Positions 14,565 through 17,886 of a stretch of 17,886 bases of DNA are shown in pieces. Positions within the stretch are counted from its first letter, which is position 1. Each line of letters opens with the position of its first letter. The translations under genes were made by a program, and so were the position numbers. The notes under the pieces are model-generated. The model was not told the origin of the DNA. It saw nothing but the letters and a program-made list of their open reading frames with translations, and did no database searches. Source of the DNA: Candidatus Aenigmatarchaeota archaeon (GTDB taxonomy: Archaea; Aenigmatarchaeota; Aenigmatarchaeia; GW2011-AR5; JAGGXF01); NCBI GenBank assembly GCA_029932645.1, contig JAOZPR010000003.1:1-17886 (forward strand), read 5' to 3'.

Positions 14565-14888
14565 TTACAGTGTTCTAAACTTATTTACAAGTCTCAAATA
14601 TCTTAAGGTGTCAGATAAACTCTCTCCTCTAGAAAGTTTGTCTATAATAAATGGTTTGAGTTTGATGACCCTGAGAATGGGCTTTTCTCGGCCAAGTTTC
14701 GTGTCCTCGACCAGCGGCGCGAGAACCGTATCAATGTAGTGACTAACCGTAGAAGGGTGTATTTTTGCGCGCTTAGCTATCTCCCGCAGCCAGAGCCCTT
14801 CCGGGTTCTCATATAATATCTTAATAATAAGCATGGCCTTTTTCGGATCAGGCCCACCTGGTCTCCCGGGTTTGTCTGCTTTTGGCAT
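14565..14888 (-). CDS. Small HTH DNA-binding protein with Pro/Gly/Lys-rich N-terminal arm
   Basis: ENPEGLWLREIAKRAKIHPSTVSHYI is an HTH; GAGG RBS upstream. Confidence 0.82.
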   Translation of the reverse strand: MPKADKPGRPGGPDPKKAMLIIKILYENPEGLWLREIAKRAKIHPSTVSHYIDTVLAPLVEDTKLGREKPILRVIKLKPFIIDKLSRGESLSDTLRYLRLVNKFRTL

Positions 14889-14946
14889 TCCTCTAACCTC
14901 TTTTAGTCTGTCTCTGTTAATCCTTATATCTCACATAATAATTAAT

Positions 14947-14980
14947 TTTTTAGACAACTGTCTATAAATACTTTTTCCCA
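14947..14980 (-). promoter_or_regulatory. BRE/TATA (GAAAAAG-TATTTATA) with overlapping palindromic operator TAGACA-AC-TGTCTA
   Basis: Perfect 6-2-6 inverted repeat at 14951-14964, directly downstream of the TATA box of the HTH gene. Confidence 0.55.
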
Positions 14981-15135
14981 TAGAAAAATGGCTCTAAATG
15001 GCCGAAAAGCCACGAAATTCATACTTTTGGGTATTCCAAATAAATATTAAACCCTCACGAAAAACAGGTGAATTAATCGCTATTTAGGTCTTTCGGGCCC
15101 CTGGCTTTTAATGTTTTTTTCACTATAAGTTATAC

Positions 15136-15678
15136 ATGCGCTGTTTTATTGCTGTGGAACTTGCCCCAGAACTCAAAAATAAGGTGGCTGGTATCCAACA
15201 AAGGCTTGGGGATCTGGGTAAGATAAAGTTTATCGAACCAGAAAATCTTCATTTCACGCTCAAATTTCTCGGTGAAATAGATGATGAGCAGGCTGCCACG
15301 GTTGTAAATAAGCTTAGTAATATAGCCGCGAACAACGATGCGTTTAGCATTGATATCTGTGGTATTGGTGCATTTCCGTCTTTTAACTACATCCGTGTGT
15401 TGTGGCTCGGAATCGGTCAGGGTGCTGAGAAGATGGCAAACTTACAAAAACAAATCAACCAGATTAAGATTGGCAAGCGCTCTGATATACCCCATCTTAC
15501 CATAGGCCGGGTAAAATTTGTTAAAGACAAGCAAGCCCTTCTAAGCAGGCTTGAAGAGCTGAAAAACGCCGAAATTGGAAAAATGTCTGTCCATATTATT
15601 AAACTCAAGAAAAGCACGCTTACACCCCACGGACCAATCTACGAGGATATTAAAGAGTTTCGTCTTCAGACGCTTTAG
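15136..15678 (+). CDS. thpR: RNA 2',3'-cyclic phosphodiesterase (2H phosphoesterase, LigT/ThpR)
   Basis: MRCFIAV, NLHFTLKFLG, GAFP...RVLWLG, PHLTIGRVK and STLTPHGPIY; both HxT motifs intact. Confidence 0.95.
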   Translation: MRCFIAVELAPELKNKVAGIQQRLGDLGKIKFIEPENLHFTLKFLGEIDDEQAATVVNKLSNIAANNDAFSIDICGIGAFPSFNYIRVLWLGIGQGAEKMANLQKQINQIKIGKRSDIPHLTIGRVKFVKDKQALLSRLEELKNAEIGKMSVHIIKLKKSTLTPHGPIYEDIKEFRLQTL

Positions 15679-15718
15679 AACACTTTAAATATAAATAATT
15701 CGCCACGAAAAGTGATTA

Positions 15719-16087
15719 ATGTTTTCGGACAGGACGCTTGTCAGATTATGTTGGGTTGTTGGTGGTGTTGGAATTGTTGGCCTCTTTGTTGTTACACAAC
15801 TGATTGGGCCTGTTAACACTAGCATAAAAAACATAAATGAAGCTTCTCTTGGAAAGACGGTATCGGCCTATGGTAAAGTCGACTCCTTTTTCACCAAAGA
15901 CGGTCACGTATTTCTGACGTTAACAGACGAGGGGGCAAAAATAAAAGTCGTTGTATTTGAGAATCAAGCCAAAAAGATGCCGTTTGCTTATAATATAAGA
16001 AATGGTGATATAATAAAAGTTGTGGGAAAAGTCGATAAATATAAAGGAGAACTAGAGATAATAGGAGAAAGGGTTGAACAAATATGA
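15719..16087 (+). CDS. Membrane-anchored OB-fold protein
   Basis: N-terminal TM, then GHVFLTLTD..AKIKVVVF...GDIIKVVGKVDKYKGELEI OB fold. Confidence 0.8.
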   Translation: MFSDRTLVRLCWVVGGVGIVGLFVVTQLIGPVNTSIKNINEASLGKTVSAYGKVDSFFTKDGHVFLTLTDEGAKIKVVVFENQAKKMPFAYNIRNGDIIKVVGKVDKYKGELEIIGERVEQI

Positions 16088-16707
16088 AAAGGATGAAAAG
16101 GAGACGCCAAGAAAAAATAAAATTCATCGTTTTTGACTATGGTGGTGTTATTGCGCCAGAAGCGCTCTCACACCGGTTTTCTGAAAAGCTAAGTAAAAAG
16201 ACTGGAGTTGATGAAAAAATTATTCTTACTATATTTAAGAAGAATCTTAAGAGGTTCGAGCTTGGTAAGGTCTCGTGTGAAAATTTTTGGCGAAATTTTT
16301 CAAAAACAACGGGTATTGAACAGGTTGTTGCTAGAAACGTTCTATTCTCTATTGTTAGGCCAAAAAAACAGATGTTAAAACTTGTTTGGAAACTAAAAAA
16401 GGAGTATAAAACCGTGCTTCTATCAAACAATATAAGGGACGTATCTAGACGACTAGTTAAAAAACATCAAATGAAAAGATACTTTAATATGTTGTTTTTC
16501 TCGTGTTATATCGGCAAGATAAAACCGGAAAAGCACATATACAAATATATGCTTAAAAAACTAAACGCCTCTCCTAATGAGGTTGTTTTCATAGACGATA
16601 AGAAGAAAAACATTATTGGTGCACGGGCTGTTGGTATAAACGGGATTGTATTTAAAAACGCGGTGCAACTGAAAAGAGATTTAAAAAGGCATGGAGTAAA
16701 AATATAA
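16084..16707 (+). CDS. HAD-superfamily (IA, YihX-like) phosphatase
   Basis: FDYGGV, LLSN, KP...IY and FIDD...N...A..VG motifs; ATGA overlap with the upstream gene. Confidence 0.9.
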   Translation: MKRMKRRRQEKIKFIVFDYGGVIAPEALSHRFSEKLSKKTGVDEKIILTIFKKNLKRFELGKVSCENFWRNFSKTTGIEQVVARNVLFSIVRPKKQMLKLVWKLKKEYKTVLLSNNIRDVSRRLVKKHQMKRYFNMLFFSCYIGKIKPEKHIYKYMLKKLNASPNEVVFIDDKKKNIIGARAVGINGIVFKNAVQLKRDLKRHGVKI

Positions 16708-16744
16708 GAAGATATAAGAAGCGGCGATTCTGGAGGAATTTAAA

Positions 16745-17886
16745 ATGCTGAAAAAATCCTTGAAGGAAAAACTTGCAAAACATATCATAAATTCTATGAA
16801 CATGAAACAGGGCGAAACGCTCATGATAAAAGGCGGTTTGCATGAGCAGGAACTTGTGGAAGAGCTGACCCTGCTCGCGCTAGAGCAGGGAGTAGACGTC
16901 TTTTTTTCAACACGCTCTGATAAGTTCTATCGTGCTGTATATGACCGCGTACCCGCAAAATTTCTTTCAAGCCCGTCAAAACTAAGCCTAAAGCTTGTTG
17001 ATGTGCTGAATAATTATATTGTTCTTGAATATCCAAAGGACCCGAAAATAGACGAGAACATACCGCATAAAAAAATGTCTGCCGCAATTGCTGGAAGTCA
17101 GGCCATAAGCAAGAAAATGGATAGAAAAGGCGTGAAGTGGTGTTATGTTGGATATCCCAGCAAAGAGCTGGCTAAAAGCCTCGGTGTTGGTCTTGCGTTA
17201 TTAAAAAGATTTATCTTTGACGGAATTCTCGTTGATAAAGAATTGTTAATAAAAGAATCCAAATTTTTGGTAGAAACCCTGAGAAATGCAACACATGTGC
17301 ATATAACAGATGAGTTTGGCACAGACCTGAAACTCAAAATTGGAAATAGACGCATAAATGTTGATGACGGCTTTATCGGTGACGACGATATAAGAAACAA
17401 GGATGTTGGGGGTAACCTTCCTGCTGGTGAGGTTTTTATCGCGCCTATTGAAACCTATGGAGAAGGTGTTTTGGTATCGCCAAAAAGAACAGACAAATTC
17501 ACAGGAAAGATGATTGAGAACATCCGGCTCGTTTTTAATAAGGGCAAACTGAATATGAAAAAAACAACTGCTGAGAAAAACGAAAAGCTCCTGAAAAAAA
17601 CAATAAAAAAGTCCATTGAAATCGACAGACGCCATTATAAAAGAATACGGACGACAAACGTTGCAGAACTTGGTATAGGTCTCAATCCGATAATAAACAA
17701 AATCATCGGATATCTACTGACGGACGAAAAGATTGGCGGCACAATACACGTAGCATTAGGAAAGAACAACATGTATGGTGGCACGAGCGATTCTTCGCTG
17801 CACTGGGATTTCGTGACGCACCGCGGCGTCACGCTAAACGCCATCTATCCGAGCGGCAGAGAAAAGCTGTTGATAGACAAAGGAAA
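16745..17886 (+). CDS. M29 family (AmpS/PepS-like) metallo-aminopeptidase, 3' end beyond the window
   Basis: Not in the ORF track. Hand translation from ATG 16745 (GGAGG RBS) gives MLKKSLKEKLAKHII...GTDL...NLPAGEVFIAP...AELGIGLN...DEKIGGTIHVALG...SLHWD, with no stop seen. Confidence 0.92.
   Translation, partial: MLKKSLKEKLAKHIINSMNMKQGETLMIKGGLHEQELVEELTLLALEQGVDVFFSTRSDKFYRAVYDRVPAKFLSSPSKLSLKLVDVLNNYIVLEYPKDPKIDENIPHKKMSAAIAGSQAISKKMDRKGVKWCYVGYPSKELAKSLGVGLALLKRFIFDGILVDKELLIKESKFLVETLRNATHVHITDEFGTDLKLKIGNRRINVDDGFIGDDDIRNKDVGGNLPAGEVFIAPIETYGEGVLVSPKRTDKFTGKMIENIRLVFNKGKLNMKKTTAEKNEKLLKKTIKKSIEIDRRHYKRIRTTNVAELGIGLNPIINKIIGYLLTDEKIGGTIHVALGKNNMYGGTSDSSLHWDFVTHRGVTLNAIYPSGREKLLIDKG

Noticed and set aside
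114..17844. Numerous antisense and alternate-frame ORFs in the track (e.g. 780-1151, 2940-3350, 7909-8340, 9174-9794, 11305-11715, 14467-14739)
   Set aside because: They overlap well-supported genes and have Phe/Ser/Leu-rich shadow composition with no motifs.
16745..17886. Pseudogene or non-coding gap suggested by its absence from the ORF track
   Set aside because: Hand translation shows an open M29 peptidase frame that simply runs off the window end; the minus-strand ORFs listed there are shadows.

Overview
Archaeal genomic DNA, probably a small-genome DPANN-type lineage (inferred from the HMf-type histone, RadA, RPA with Zn ribbon, DUF373, PRC-barrel protein, BHB-intron tRNA and GGAGG/GAGGTG ribosome-binding sites). 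The left half holds a minus-strand tRNA-Gln(CUG) with an 84-nt intron at the non-canonical T-loop position 59/60, housekeeping and nucleotide-pool enzymes (DJ-1/PfpI, a divergent Ham1, dCMP deaminase, a degenerate MazG-like protein) and several small wHTH and membrane proteins. The middle is a chromosome-maintenance block (histone, RPA, RadA, PRC-barrel/CdpB-like, two tandem P-loop kinases). The most striking element is a ~0.9 kb non-coding region (13649-14564) with about 35 copies of a (G)TTCAC hexamer in four arrays. The copies are spaced 10-11 bp apart (one per helical turn), one array is inverted about a TTCACGTGAA palindrome, and AT-rich spacers lie between arrays. It is flanked by an ExeA-like AAA+ ATPase with a C-terminal winged helix and by a small HTH gene. 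This looks like a candidate origin- or centromere-like nucleoprotein platform without canonical ORB boxes; the function is inference. The right end carries thpR, a membrane-anchored OB-fold protein, a HAD phosphatase and an M29 aminopeptidase cut by the window edge.
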